Shown piece by piece: positions 41,260-50,668 of a DNA stretch of 64,000 bases. The stretch is taken from the IMG/VR virus record IMGVR_UViG_3300003316_000307; one strand, given 5' to 3'. Positions within the stretch are counted from its first letter, which is position 1. Each line of letters starts with the position of its first letter. Below the pieces are notes generated by a model that was not told the origin of the DNA, ran no database searches, and saw only the letters and a list, made by a program, of their open reading frames with translations. This DNA is from a virus. Its lineage: Duplodnaviria; Caudoviricetes. A program made the translations under genes and the position numbers.

Positions 41260-41718
41260 ATGGAATTATTTAAAAAAGAAAGAGGAAGACACAAAAAAGA
41301 AAATACTAATGTAGTATCTGCTAACACATTATCATTACAAATACCAGCACCAGTAGTTGATGAATTTAATGATATTAAAGTAAATGACGTTATTGTTGAT
41401 GAAATTAATAATCAACAAAAACCATATGAAGAAATATATGAGGAACTTGAAAAAACAAAAACTGAATATCAAAAATTGTTTACTTTATATATGAATTCTA
41501 AAAATGTTGAAACTAAACCTGAATCTAAAAATGTTGTTGATCGTGGAGAAATTGAAAAGTTAGAAACATCAGCACGTTTTTTATATAAAAAATTCCTAGA
41601 AATTTCAACAGGAAATAATAAATTCAGAACAAAATATGATTCAATTAAAATACAAGGAATAAATGGTGTTCTAGATGAAATAAGAAAGCATTTTCCAACA
41701 ATAAATTTTAATAAATAA
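41260..41718 (+). CDS. Hypothetical protein
   Basis: 152-aa ORF, coiled coil. Confidence 0.55.
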   Translation: MELFKKERGRHKKENTNVVSANTLSLQIPAPVVDEFNDIKVNDVIVDEINNQQKPYEEIYEELEKTKTEYQKLFTLYMNSKNVETKPESKNVVDRGEIEKLETSARFLYKKFLEISTGNNKFRTKYDSIKIQGINGVLDEIRKHFPTINFNK

Positions 41719-41729
41719 AATAATAGCAT

Positions 41730-42122
41730 ATGCCAACAGATATATTTTATTACAATAATTTTATTGATAGAAGTACATTAACGTCTAGTTTAATACCAAG
41801 AACAACTACTATAACAATAGGTAACGATTTACCAATTAAAACTAATTCTAATGATGATGGTGTTCAACTCATTTATTCTTTAGTTGGTTTTAAAAAAGAA
41901 GAAATAATAGTAAAATATAAATTAGAATCTAATAATTTAGCATATATTAATGTAATTGCATCATCTGAAAATCATCCATTGAATGCTGAAGAATTTAATA
42001 AAAAATATTCATTGAATTTAGCAGAATTTGATTTTGATAAAATTACTACAAATTTTGAAAATGGTTTATTATTCATTAATATTCCTTACAATGAATTTTT
42101 TAAAATTAAAACAATAAGTTAA
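41730..42122 (+). CDS. Small heat-shock (Hsp20/alpha-crystallin) protein
   Basis: LVGFKKEEI...F.KKY.L...D.DKITTNFENGLL.INIP. Confidence 0.75.
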   Translation: MPTDIFYYNNFIDRSTLTSSLIPRTTTITIGNDLPIKTNSNDDGVQLIYSLVGFKKEEIIVKYKLESNNLAYINVIASSENHPLNAEEFNKKYSLNLAEFDFDKITTNFENGLLFINIPYNEFFKIKTIS

Positions 42123-42144
42123 TTTTATTTTAAAAAAGAATAAT

Positions 42145-42201
42145 TTTACACCTCACAATTTGACTTTTTAATTAAAAGTTAGTATAATTGTGAGGTGTAA
42201 A
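42145..42201. repeat. 16-bp perfect inverted repeat enclosing a promoter
   Basis: TTTACACCTCACAATT (42145-42160) / AATTGTGAGGTGTAAA (42186-42201), inner TGACTTTT/AAAAGTTA stem. Confidence 0.85.
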
Positions 42202-42215
42202 TTTATTGTCATTTA

Positions 42216-43247
42216 ATGAGTAGTCAAAATGAAATTATAAGAGTAATTAAAGGAATTTTTGGTGAGGTTAAATCTTCAAGTTCTTCACAATTACAAGTTA
42301 ATTGTCCTTCTTGTCAGGAACGAGAAGGATTACCATATCCTGATAATAAATTTAATCTTGAAATTAATTTAAATAAAAAAAAATTTAGATGTTGGAAATG
42401 TGATGATCCTAAATTTTCTGGTTCATTAGGTTATTTGATTCGTACTAAGGGTAGTGAAGATGATTATACAATATTTAAAGACTATGCTTCCATATACTCT
42501 GATTCTTTTGAATTTGAAGAAAAAGAAGAAAAACCAGTTTTTTTACCTAAACATTTTATCTTGTTCAAAGATATATTAGATTTTTTACCTTCACATATTG
42601 AAGCATATAAATATATGGTTGAAGAAAGAAAAATATCTTATGATCTTCTTTTAAAATTTAAAATTGGTTTTTGTGTTGAAGGACACTATTCAAATAGAAT
42701 AATTATTCCATCATACAATTCTAATGGGATTTTAAATTATTTTGTTGCACGTAGTTATAAAAAGGATATTAAACCAAAATATAAAAATCCTGAAGCACAT
42801 AAGGAAAAAATTATATTTAATGAATCCAATATTAATTGGGATTCGACAGTTTATTTGGTTGAAGGAGGATTTGAATTATTAACATTACCAATTAATACTA
42901 TTCCTCTTTTAGGAAAAGATTTATCTAATAAATTGGTTAATATTTTAAAAGTAAAAAAGCCTTATATTGTATTAATTTTTGATCCAGATGCATTTAATAA
43001 TATGATTGATGCATTTGAAATTTTATACCATATATATCATGAAGAATCATATAAAGTTAGATTAATTGAATTGAATGATAAAAATTACGATTTAGATGAA
43101 ATTAGAAAAAAATATGGGATAAATAAAGTAAAAGATATTATTATGTCAAATAGTAGACAAATTACTATTGATGACTATTTCAAAAAAAGAAAAAATAATC
43201 TTAGCAATTTTTTTAGAAATATTGATGAAACATATAAAAGAAGATAA
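42216..43247 (+). CDS. DNA primase (Zn ribbon + TOPRIM)
   Basis: CPSC...CWKC, RIIIP, PKYKNP, LVEG, FDPD. Confidence 0.88.
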   Translation: MSSQNEIIRVIKGIFGEVKSSSSSQLQVNCPSCQEREGLPYPDNKFNLEINLNKKKFRCWKCDDPKFSGSLGYLIRTKGSEDDYTIFKDYASIYSDSFEFEEKEEKPVFLPKHFILFKDILDFLPSHIEAYKYMVEERKISYDLLLKFKIGFCVEGHYSNRIIIPSYNSNGILNYFVARSYKKDIKPKYKNPEAHKEKIIFNESNINWDSTVYLVEGGFELLTLPINTIPLLGKDLSNKLVNILKVKKPYIVLIFDPDAFNNMIDAFEILYHIYHEESYKVRLIELNDKNYDLDEIRKKYGINKVKDIIMSNSRQITIDDYFKKRKNNLSNFFRNIDETYKRR

Positions 43248-43863
43248 TGATTTGGTAAAATCTATCCTTATTAATAGTAAGGAAAAGAATCTTTCAGAAA
43301 AAGAATTATATAATAGATACTATAAAATTACATATAATAAAGTAAGAAAATATAACTATGATATTGAATCTGCCAAAGATATTGCAACAGATATTTTGTT
43401 AAAAGTATTTGGTTCATTAGAAAAATTTGATTCAAAAAAATGTTCTTTTAATAGTTGGGTATTAAAAATATCATCCAATCATTTAATTGACCTTTATAGG
43501 AAAAATAAAAATAGATTACAATTTGTGAGTTATACCAGTACTGTAGCATCAAACAATGTTAACATTGATAACAATATTGGAACAATACCAACCACCTTTA
43601 CATCTAATTCAACATCTAATTGGAACGTCTATTGGAATCATGTAACAACAACTTCAAATCAAGAGGATCATTTTATTAATAAAGAAGATTATAATACGGC
43701 AATTAAAACCTTATCTGAACCAGAATCTGATATTATTCGGTTGAAATATGAATATGGGTACAGTAATGCTGAAATTGGTGATTTGTATAATGTTTCAAAA
43801 GCAACAGTTAGTAATAAAATTAATTATTTGAAGAAAAAAATACAAAAAAACTTGACAAATTAA
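43225..43863 (+). CDS. ECF-type sigma-70 family sigma factor
   Basis: Region 2 AKDIATDILLKVF...FNSWVLKISSNHLIDLYRK; region 4 LSEPE...GYSNAEIG..YNVS..TV; ATG 43225 preferred to 43168. Confidence 0.85.
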   Translation: MKHIKEDNDLVKSILINSKEKNLSEKELYNRYYKITYNKVRKYNYDIESAKDIATDILLKVFGSLEKFDSKKCSFNSWVLKISSNHLIDLYRKNKNRLQFVSYTSTVASNNVNIDNNIGTIPTTFTSNSTSNWNVYWNHVTTTSNQEDHFINKEDYNTAIKTLSEPESDIIRLKYEYGYSNAEIGDLYNVSKATVSNKINYLKKKIQKNLTN

Positions 43864-43882
43864 ATATTCAGTATTAGTTTTG
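43852..43882 (+). promoter_or_regulatory. Bacteroidota sigmaA-type promoter for the DUF2828 gene
   Basis: TTGACA (43852) ... TAGTTTTG (43875-43882). Confidence 0.7.
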
Positions 43883-43906
43883 TATTCTGATTTCGGCAAT
43901 TAAAAA

Positions 43907-45490
43907 ATGATTATGAAAAATCAATTTATAGCAAATTTACATAAACATGCTACATTTACTGAAAATGGTGCTGTTTCACACTCATCTACAGGATCAGTGC
44001 TTGCTGACCAGTTTGGTATTGCTGGGTCTAATCGTGGAAGAGATATAATGTCAGTTTTTGCTGACCAATCTATATTGGATAATAGTGTAGGATCGGTAGT
44101 TGCTATTAGATTTATTTTCTATCTTAGATCAATAACCAGAAAACCTAAAGGATTATGGTTTTCAAGTGAAAATTTATTAAAGGGTCAAGGTAACAAAGAT
44201 GAATCATTTAAAAGATATTTGTGGTATTTGGTAAATAAACCAGATGCATTTTATAATAATCTTTGGTTATTTATTGTTTGTGGTTCATATAAAGATATAT
44301 GGGAATTGATAACTTTAGCAAAAATTCATAATATTCGTATTGATGAAGAAAAAATTTTTGAAGTTTATGCGACTGCATTGAATGAAAATACTATTGATGA
44401 CTTAGCAATAAAATATTTACCACAAATAGTATCAAATAAAAAAACTAAGACTGATAGATCAAAATTAAGAAATAAAATAGCAAAATCATTTGCTGAATAT
44501 TTAGCTCTTGATGCCAGAGCTTATCGTATATTAAAAACTACAGGTAAAGCACATACTTGGCAACAAAAAATATCAAATCGATTATTTGATCAAATTGATT
44601 TTGGAAAAATTTCTGGTAAAGCTTTAAGTAATTTAGTAAGTGGTAAATTTTTATCTAAACATTCACTTGAATCAAAATATCAAGCTTGGATTCTTAAACA
44701 ACCTGTAGCTAAGTTTACAGGATATGTTTATGAGTTAATGAATAATATTACATATAATTTACCTTTTTATAAAAAAATAACAATTGATAAACAGTTTGAT
44801 GGACTGATTCAATTGTTTGAAAAACATGAAGGTGGAATTAGTGGTAACGTTTGGTGTGCATTGGATACTTCTCTGTCAATGTCATCAAAATTGACAGGTA
44901 CTAATACGACTGCACATAATATTTGTTTATCTTTAGGAATTTACTTTTCAACTTTAAACAAAGGAGCATTTCATAAAAATGTTATTATGTTTGATAGTAA
45001 AAGTAGAGTGAAACAATTAAGTGGTTCATTTACTGATATGGTTAGTCAAGTACCAAAAAATTCAATGGGTGATACTAATTTTCAATCTGTTGTAGATGAA
45101 ATAGTTAGAGTTAGAATGGCTAATCCAACAATTCCACTTGAAGATTATCCTCAAACATTATTGGTTGTTTCAGATATGCAGTTTAATCCAACTGGAACTG
45201 CAGAAACTAATCATGAAATGCAGATGAGAAAATTAAGAGAAGTATTTCCTAATGAATGGGTAAAAGATTTTAAAGTAATTTGGTGGTGTTGTACTGGTAG
45301 AGTAACTAATAATAAACCATCAACTATTGATGAAGGTGGTACATATATCTTTTCAGGATTTGATGGATCAATAATTTCAATTCTTTTAGGTGAAAAATCT
45401 AAAAATAAATTGGATGGAAAAACACCTACAATGGAAGAAGTAATTAATGAAGCATTATCACAAGAAGTTTTTCTTCAAGTAAAAGCTTAA
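43907..45490 (+). CDS. DUF2828-type protein: helical TROVE-like region + C-terminal vWA (MIDAS) domain
   Basis: N-terminal TENGAVSHSSTG..LAD.F, LRSI.R...GQG, GSYKD; MIDAS DTSLSM...GDTNF...VSDMQF; SGFD. Confidence 0.8.
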   Translation: MIMKNQFIANLHKHATFTENGAVSHSSTGSVLADQFGIAGSNRGRDIMSVFADQSILDNSVGSVVAIRFIFYLRSITRKPKGLWFSSENLLKGQGNKDESFKRYLWYLVNKPDAFYNNLWLFIVCGSYKDIWELITLAKIHNIRIDEEKIFEVYATALNENTIDDLAIKYLPQIVSNKKTKTDRSKLRNKIAKSFAEYLALDARAYRILKTTGKAHTWQQKISNRLFDQIDFGKISGKALSNLVSGKFLSKHSLESKYQAWILKQPVAKFTGYVYELMNNITYNLPFYKKITIDKQFDGLIQLFEKHEGGISGNVWCALDTSLSMSSKLTGTNTTAHNICLSLGIYFSTLNKGAFHKNVIMFDSKSRVKQLSGSFTDMVSQVPKNSMGDTNFQSVVDEIVRVRMANPTIPLEDYPQTLLVVSDMQFNPTGTAETNHEMQMRKLREVFPNEWVKDFKVIWWCCTGRVTNNKPSTIDEGGTYIFSGFDGSIISILLGEKSKNKLDGKTPTMEEVINEALSQEVFLQVKA

Positions 45491-45498
45491 TTGAATTA

Positions 45499-45555
45499 AG
45501 GTGAGTTCAGCAAATTAATTTAGCATTTGAAAACGCAAAAAATCAATCTCACCTG
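45499..45555 (+). ncRNA. Putative structured RNA unit 1 (stem-TTCAGCAA-loop-stem)
   Basis: AGGTGAG (45499-45505) pairs with CTCACCT (45548-45554). Confidence 0.65.
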
Positions 45556-45564
45556 TTTTTATTT

Positions 45565-45618
45565 TGGTTACATACAGCAATTTAAATTGTTATTGTTTTA
45601 ACAGAAAAATGTAACCAG
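45565..45618 (+). ncRNA. Putative structured RNA unit 2 (stem-TACAGCAA-loop-stem)
   Basis: TGGTTACAT (45565-45573) pairs with ATGTAACCA (45609-45617); inner TGTTA/TAACA hairpin. Confidence 0.7.
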
Positions 45619-45626
45619 TAGAGTTT

Positions 45627-45681
45627 TGGTCACGTACAGCAAACTTAATTTTTATAAAGGAAAATTATAATCTGTGACCAG
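45627..45681 (+). ncRNA. Putative structured RNA unit 3 (stem-TACAGCAA-loop-stem)
   Basis: TGGTCACG (45627-45634) pairs with TGTGACCA (45673-45680); inner TTATAA/TTATAA hairpin. Confidence 0.7.
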
Positions 45682-45683
45682 TT

Positions 45684-45710
45684 AAAAAAGGGGAATAATC
45701 CCCCTTTTTT
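45684..45710. terminator. Bidirectional rho-independent terminator
   Basis: AAAAAAGGGG-aataatc-CCCCTTTTTT between convergent units. Confidence 0.85.
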
Positions 45711-46461
45711 ATTTTTTTAAAAATTTAAATAAATTTTTAAAATTAAATTTACCTATTTTTAATAGGTCTATATTAAATATATCATTAAAATTCAAAATAT
45801 CAATATCTGAATTTGATATTTTATTAAACTCTCTATTAATTTTAATAGAAAATTTATTAAAAGGTTTATTGTTTAATAATTTGGGATTAGCAGTGATTAA
45901 TATATCACATTCCTTCCATAAACGTTTAGGATCACCATAAAAAGAATAATCAGCAATTTTAATAGCTTCTTTACTTAAAAAGAAAAGTGTTGGAGGAATA
46001 CTTCGATATTCTTCTAATGAAACAATTTTAATTTTAAATTTATTTTTATTAATGTTATAAAATTCATTAATATCTTGAGCCACATTACTGTAAATTTTAC
46101 CAGAATTTCCAAATATTTCCCACAAATATTCATCATATAAAAATTTATATAATTGATTTTCAGGAGAAAGAGTTAATTTGATATTATCAAATAGTTCTTT
46201 ATCTGATAAATAATTCCCATTTTCATCTTTAGTATGATATAACTCTTTAGGAAGATTTTTTAAAACATCTTTTAAAATTTTTTCATCTACTATTTTTTCT
46301 TTGAATTTGAAATGGTTTAAATATTCATAAGTATCAAATGGTCTTATAATTTCAGGTTGATCACCCATTAATTCACAATATTTTGGATAATGTTGTTCAA
46401 TTGAATTCCATTTAGCTCTGATTATTTCATCAATATCAATTGCAATTATTTTTTTTCTCAT
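45709..46461 (-). CDS. HAD-superfamily 5'(3')-nucleotidase-like protein
   Basis: IIAIDIDEII motif I; DILIT.NP and INREFN at C-terminus; only credible minus-strand gene. Confidence 0.65.
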   Translation of the reverse strand: MRKKIIAIDIDEIIRAKWNSIEQHYPKYCELMGDQPEIIRPFDTYEYLNHFKFKEKIVDEKILKDVLKNLPKELYHTKDENGNYLSDKELFDNIKLTLSPENQLYKFLYDEYLWEIFGNSGKIYSNVAQDINEFYNINKNKFKIKIVSLEEYRSIPPTLFFLSKEAIKIADYSFYGDPKRLWKECDILITANPKLLNNKPFNKFSIKINREFNKISNSDIDILNFNDIFNIDLLKIGKFNFKNLFKFLKK

Positions 46462-46482
46462 ATATATAATATATACGTCAAT

Positions 46483-46514
46483 TTTGACTTTTTAATCAAT
46501 TTGAGTTAATTTTG
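46483..46514 (+). promoter_or_regulatory. Bacteroidota sigmaA-type promoter
   Basis: TTTGACTTTTT ... TAATTTTG (46507-46514). Confidence 0.7.
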
Positions 46515-46537
46515 ATTAAAATTTTTTTTAATTAAAA

Positions 46538-49500
46538 ATGAATAAAAATAAGATAGTTAACATAGCTCAAATTTCAGATATTCACATTCGTAAATCAGTT
46601 AGCAGACATAAAGAATATAGTGATGTTTTCCAAAATTTATATAAATCATTAAATGATAATAAACCAGATCGTATTGTTATTGTAGGTGATTTAGTTCATG
46701 ATTATAATAAAATTGAAGGTGAACAGCTTATATTGGCTTCTGATTTTTTAAATAATCTTTCTAATATTGCACCAGTAAGAATTATAAGAGGAAATCATGA
46801 TATATTGAAATACTCAACAAATAGAGTGGACTCCATTGAAGCACTCATTAAAACAATGAATAATCCAAATATCATTTATTATAATGAAACTTCATTTTAT
46901 GAAGATGATAATGTTATATGGGCTGTTTGGAAACATGGTGAAAAAAGAAATAATCCTTGGGACATCAAAGATTATTTAAAGATTAAAGGTAAGACATATA
47001 TTGATTTATTTCATGATCCAATTAATACTGCAGTAACATCTGATGGTTATAAAGCTAATAGTAAAACATATAGAAATCCACAAGATTTTAAAGGTGATTT
47101 TTCTTTTTTTGGAGACTATCACAAACTTCAATATTTAAATGATGATAATACCAAAGCATATAGTTCATCATTAATTATGCAAAATTATTCGGAAGGTAAT
47201 GATGAATTTCATGGTTATCTTTTATGGAACATTGAAACCAAAAACGTAAAAGAAATAGAAATAAAAAACGATTATACATTTAAAACAATTACATTAAATA
47301 GATTTCATAATTTTGATGATTTGGATTTTGAAATAGAAAATCCTTCAAAATATATGAGAGTTAGATTTATTTGGAAAACACTCCCTGCCCAAAAAAATAT
47401 AGATAACGAAAGAAAAGTATCCAAATATATTATAGATAAGTATAACCCAATTCAAATTAATCATATACCACAATTTGTTGAAGAAGATGATATAAAAATT
47501 GAAGAAAAATCAGATATTACCAAATTTAATAGTAGAGAAGTAATACATAATATTTTTAAAACACATTTAGAAAAAATAGGAGAAACTAATGAAATAATTG
47601 AAGAAATATTAAATTTAGATATTGAAATTGAAAATAGAATTGAAAAAGATGAATTGAATAATATTCAGTGGTCTATAGTTAAATTTAGAGGAGAAAATTT
47701 TAGAAGTTATAAAAAATTATTTGTTGATTGGCAAAATAAAGATGGTATATATCAAATAGTCGGAAAAAATGCTGTCGGAAAATCAACTTTATCTCAGCTC
47801 ATATGTTATGTTTTATATGGTAAAACACTGGAAACTGATTATAAGAAAAAATTTATTGATGCTTCTTTTGTAAATAATAAAATTGATGTTGATTATTGTG
47901 AAGGAGAAGTAGTTCTTGAATGCAATGGTGAATACTATGGCATAAAAAGAAGAACTAATTTGAAAAAAAATAAGGATAAAGAAATTACTTCAGTTAAAAC
48001 TAATGTTAATTATTATAAGCTTTCATCCATTAATGATGAGATCAATGATTTAAATATTATTGATAATTTGAATGAAGAAGATCGTATCAAAACACAAAAA
48101 AGAATTGATGAAATTATTGGTAGTTATGATAATTTTATTAGAATTGTTTTAACTACATCTGATACATTAAATGCAATTCTTTCAGGTGGAGAAGCAGCTT
48201 TTATTGATTCATTATTAAATGATTCTGGTTTGAATATATTTGATCTTAGATTAAAAGCCCATAAAAAATATTTAGAAGAAATAATTAATGTAGGAAAAGT
48301 TAATTGTGATGTGAATAAAGAATTATTTGAAATCCAAAAGGAAAAAGATGGTATTATTAAATCGAATTCTCTTATTCAAGAAACAAACAATAAAATATCT
48401 GAAATTAATGATCGTATAATAAAAGGTGAAAAATATAAGGAAGATACTTTAAAACAGCTTAATAATTTAGACCTACCAAAAGATATTTTAAGTGAAAATG
48501 ATTGTAAAAATCAAATAAATAAACTTAAAGAAAATATTATAACATATAATAATGAAATGGAAAATTTACAAAGTAAAATTTTACCATTAAAAACAACATA
48601 TGATGAAATAAAATTAAATGATTTATTTTTGGCAAAAGAAAAACACAAAGATGAATTATATAATCTTAAATTAGAAATTAATAATATTAAAATTGATATA
48701 ACAAATAATGAAACTAAATTATATAAAATTTCTAATGAAATTGAAAATTTAAAAAAAGATGGAAATACTTTAAAAGAAAATTATTCAAATATTGAACATT
48801 CTAAAACATGTATTACTTGTGGTCAATTGGTTAGTCAAGAGGCATTAGAAAACATAAAAATTAAATTGAATGATTTAGCTAAAAAAATGATTAATATTGG
48901 AAATGAAATTAAAACTAAAGAAAATGAGAAACAACCAATATATGAAATCATTAAAAACAAAAAAAATGATATTTCTCTTATAGAAGAAAAAATTAATAAA
49001 TCTGTGGTTAATTTTCAAATTAATTTGGATTTAATTGGACAACTTCAAAACGATAAACTTGAAGTAGAAAAAAGAAATGATTTTCAAAATAAGATTGATC
49101 AAATCCCAATGAAAATTGAAAATGCTAATTTGAAAATTAGAGATTTGGAAAATATGTTAAATGAATATAATAGACTGGCAGATAAAATTAAAGAAAATGA
49201 AAAAATAAATGAACATATTCAAACAATTAATAATCGTTTAACTAATTTAAAAAATGAAAAAGAATCTCTTCAAAGAGAAATAAATTCACATAATACTCAA
49301 ATTCTTTTTTATCAAAGTAATATTGATAATAGAGAAAAACTTATTAAAAAATTTAAAGATCAGGAAAAAAGAGAACGAGTTAATCAAATATATCAAAAAT
49401 GTGTTCATAGAGATGGAATACCGACTCAAATATTAACAACAATACTTTTACCTAAAATAAATGATAAATTGAATGAGTTATTATCTAATGTTGATTTTAA

Positions 49501-49855
49501 TGTTTGGATTGACAGCAATGATCTTAAATTGAAAATGTCTTATGCAGATTTTCCAAATGCAATAATTGATTGTATTTCTGGAAGTGGAAAAGAAAGAACG
49601 TTTTCTAGTATTTGTTTAAAAGTTGCACTTAATGAAATAAATGCTAAATCAAAACCAACAATGTTTATATTGGATGAAGTTACAGGCAAATTGGATACCG
49701 AAGAAAGTTTTGATGAATTTATTGAATTATTACAAATTATGAAAAAAATGTGTAAAAAATTAGTAATAATTGAACATAATAGGGATTTATTTCCAGATTT
49801 TTTAATAAAAGTTAAACAAGAAAATAGAGTATCAACAATGGTAATGGAAGATTAA
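46538..49855 (+). CDS. Mre11/SbcD nuclease - Rad50/SbcC ATPase fusion
   Basis: SDIH, GDLVH, GNHD, GDYH; GKNAVGKS Walker A, coiled coil with CITC hook, ILDE Walker B, IIEH. Confidence 0.9.
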   Translation: MNKNKIVNIAQISDIHIRKSVSRHKEYSDVFQNLYKSLNDNKPDRIVIVGDLVHDYNKIEGEQLILASDFLNNLSNIAPVRIIRGNHDILKYSTNRVDSIEALIKTMNNPNIIYYNETSFYEDDNVIWAVWKHGEKRNNPWDIKDYLKIKGKTYIDLFHDPINTAVTSDGYKANSKTYRNPQDFKGDFSFFGDYHKLQYLNDDNTKAYSSSLIMQNYSEGNDEFHGYLLWNIETKNVKEIEIKNDYTFKTITLNRFHNFDDLDFEIENPSKYMRVRFIWKTLPAQKNIDNERKVSKYIIDKYNPIQINHIPQFVEEDDIKIEEKSDITKFNSREVIHNIFKTHLEKIGETNEIIEEILNLDIEIENRIEKDELNNIQWSIVKFRGENFRSYKKLFVDWQNKDGIYQIVGKNAVGKSTLSQLICYVLYGKTLETDYKKKFIDASFVNNKIDVDYCEGEVVLECNGEYYGIKRRTNLKKNKDKEITSVKTNVNYYKLSSINDEINDLNIIDNLNEEDRIKTQKRIDEIIGSYDNFIRIVLTTSDTLNAILSGGEAAFIDSLLNDSGLNIFDLRLKAHKKYLEEIINVGKVNCDVNKELFEIQKEKDGIIKSNSLIQETNNKISEINDRIIKGEKYKEDTLKQLNNLDLPKDILSENDCKNQINKLKENIITYNNEMENLQSKILPLKTTYDEIKLNDLFLAKEKHKDELYNLKLEINNIKIDITNNETKLYKISNEIENLKKDGNTLKENYSNIEHSKTCITCGQLVSQEALENIKIKLNDLAKKMINIGNEIKTKENEKQPIYEIIKNKKNDISLIEEKINKSVVNFQINLDLIGQLQNDKLEVEKRNDFQNKIDQIPMKIENANLKIRDLENMLNEYNRLADKIKENEKINEHIQTINNRLTNLKNEKESLQREINSHNTQILFYQSNIDNREKLIKKFKDQEKRERVNQIYQKCVHRDGIPTQILTTILLPKINDKLNELLSNVDFNVWIDSNDLKLKMSYADFPNAIIDCISGSGKERTFSSICLKVALNEINAKSKPTMFILDEVTGKLDTEESFDEFIELLQIMKKMCKKLVIIEHNRDLFPDFLIKVKQENRVSTMVMED

Positions 49856-49901
49856 TTATAATAAGTAATTTGTCATGAAATATTGACTATTTATTTATGT
49901 C

Positions 49902-50180
49902 ATGGACTCAATTACTAATATTCCAAAATCATTAATTAGTGATGTTTTATACAGGCATACTGGTATGTATTTTCTTCCTCAAAGAATTGATTTCATTACT
50001 GCAGAACAAATTGCAAATGCAATTGTTTCATTGGATGCTAAATTAATAACAAAAAGAAAATACATGAAAATAATTGAATTTTGTTATAACAATCTTCTTG
50101 AAAGAGAAGGACTTCCATTGAAATTTTCAGAATCAAGATATAAAAAACTGATATTAAATATCTATTTATTTTATAATTAA
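49902..50180 (+). CDS. Hypothetical protein
   Basis: 92-aa ORF, CTATTTAT upstream. Confidence 0.55.
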   Translation: MDSITNIPKSLISDVLYRHTGMYFLPQRIDFITAEQIANAIVSLDAKLITKRKYMKIIEFCYNNLLEREGLPLKFSESRYKKLILNIYLFYN

Positions 50181-50237
50181 TTTGATTTTTTTCAAAAAAT
50201 CTTCTACATTTCGGGTAAATTATTTTTTTTCTTTTGA

Positions 50238-50663
50238 ATGGATAATAAAGAAAGTGTTAAAAAGATTCTTTTTGAAAAAATATCAAAATGCAATAATTTT
50301 AAATATAAAATTGAAATCGGTAATTTTGAATTTGTAGTCTCAACAAAGAAATTTTACTTATCATTAGTTAATAATTCTCAATATTTCAGTGGTTTAATTG
50401 ATTCAAATTGTATTTTCTATTTAAGAGATGATAAAAATTTTTGGTTGTCTTATCTTAATGTTTGGGTTGAAATTGAAAAGAAGACAAAGTTACAATATTA
50501 TGAAATTAAATCATTCATAAATAATAATTTTCCTTTAACTAAAATAGAATGTTGTGGTTATACATATTTGAATTGGTTTAAATATTCCATTGAATATTCT
50601 TTAAATGGAAAGATAATTTCATCTAAGTCAATATCTTTAATTGATTATTTAAAATTTTATTAA
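50238..50663 (+). CDS. Hypothetical protein, paralog of next gene
   Basis: KCNNFKY.I.IGN...EKKTKLQYYEI; TTTG...TACATTTC promoter-like site upstream. Confidence 0.55.
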   Translation: MDNKESVKKILFEKISKCNNFKYKIEIGNFEFVVSTKKFYLSLVNNSQYFSGLIDSNCIFYLRDDKNFWLSYLNVWVEIEKKTKLQYYEIKSFINNNFPLTKIECCGYTYLNWFKYSIEYSLNGKIISSKSISLIDYLKFY

Positions 50664-50668
50664 ATATA

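Noticed and set aside
45499-45681. Array as a mini-CRISPR or tRNA cluster
   Set aside because: Only about 8 nt are identical between units and the flanks pair around the variable part, unlike repeat-spacer arrays. No cas genes, no cloverleaf, no TTC T-loop or CCA. Anticodon-loop mimicry was considered (TTGAAAA in unit 1) but its stem is too weak to claim.
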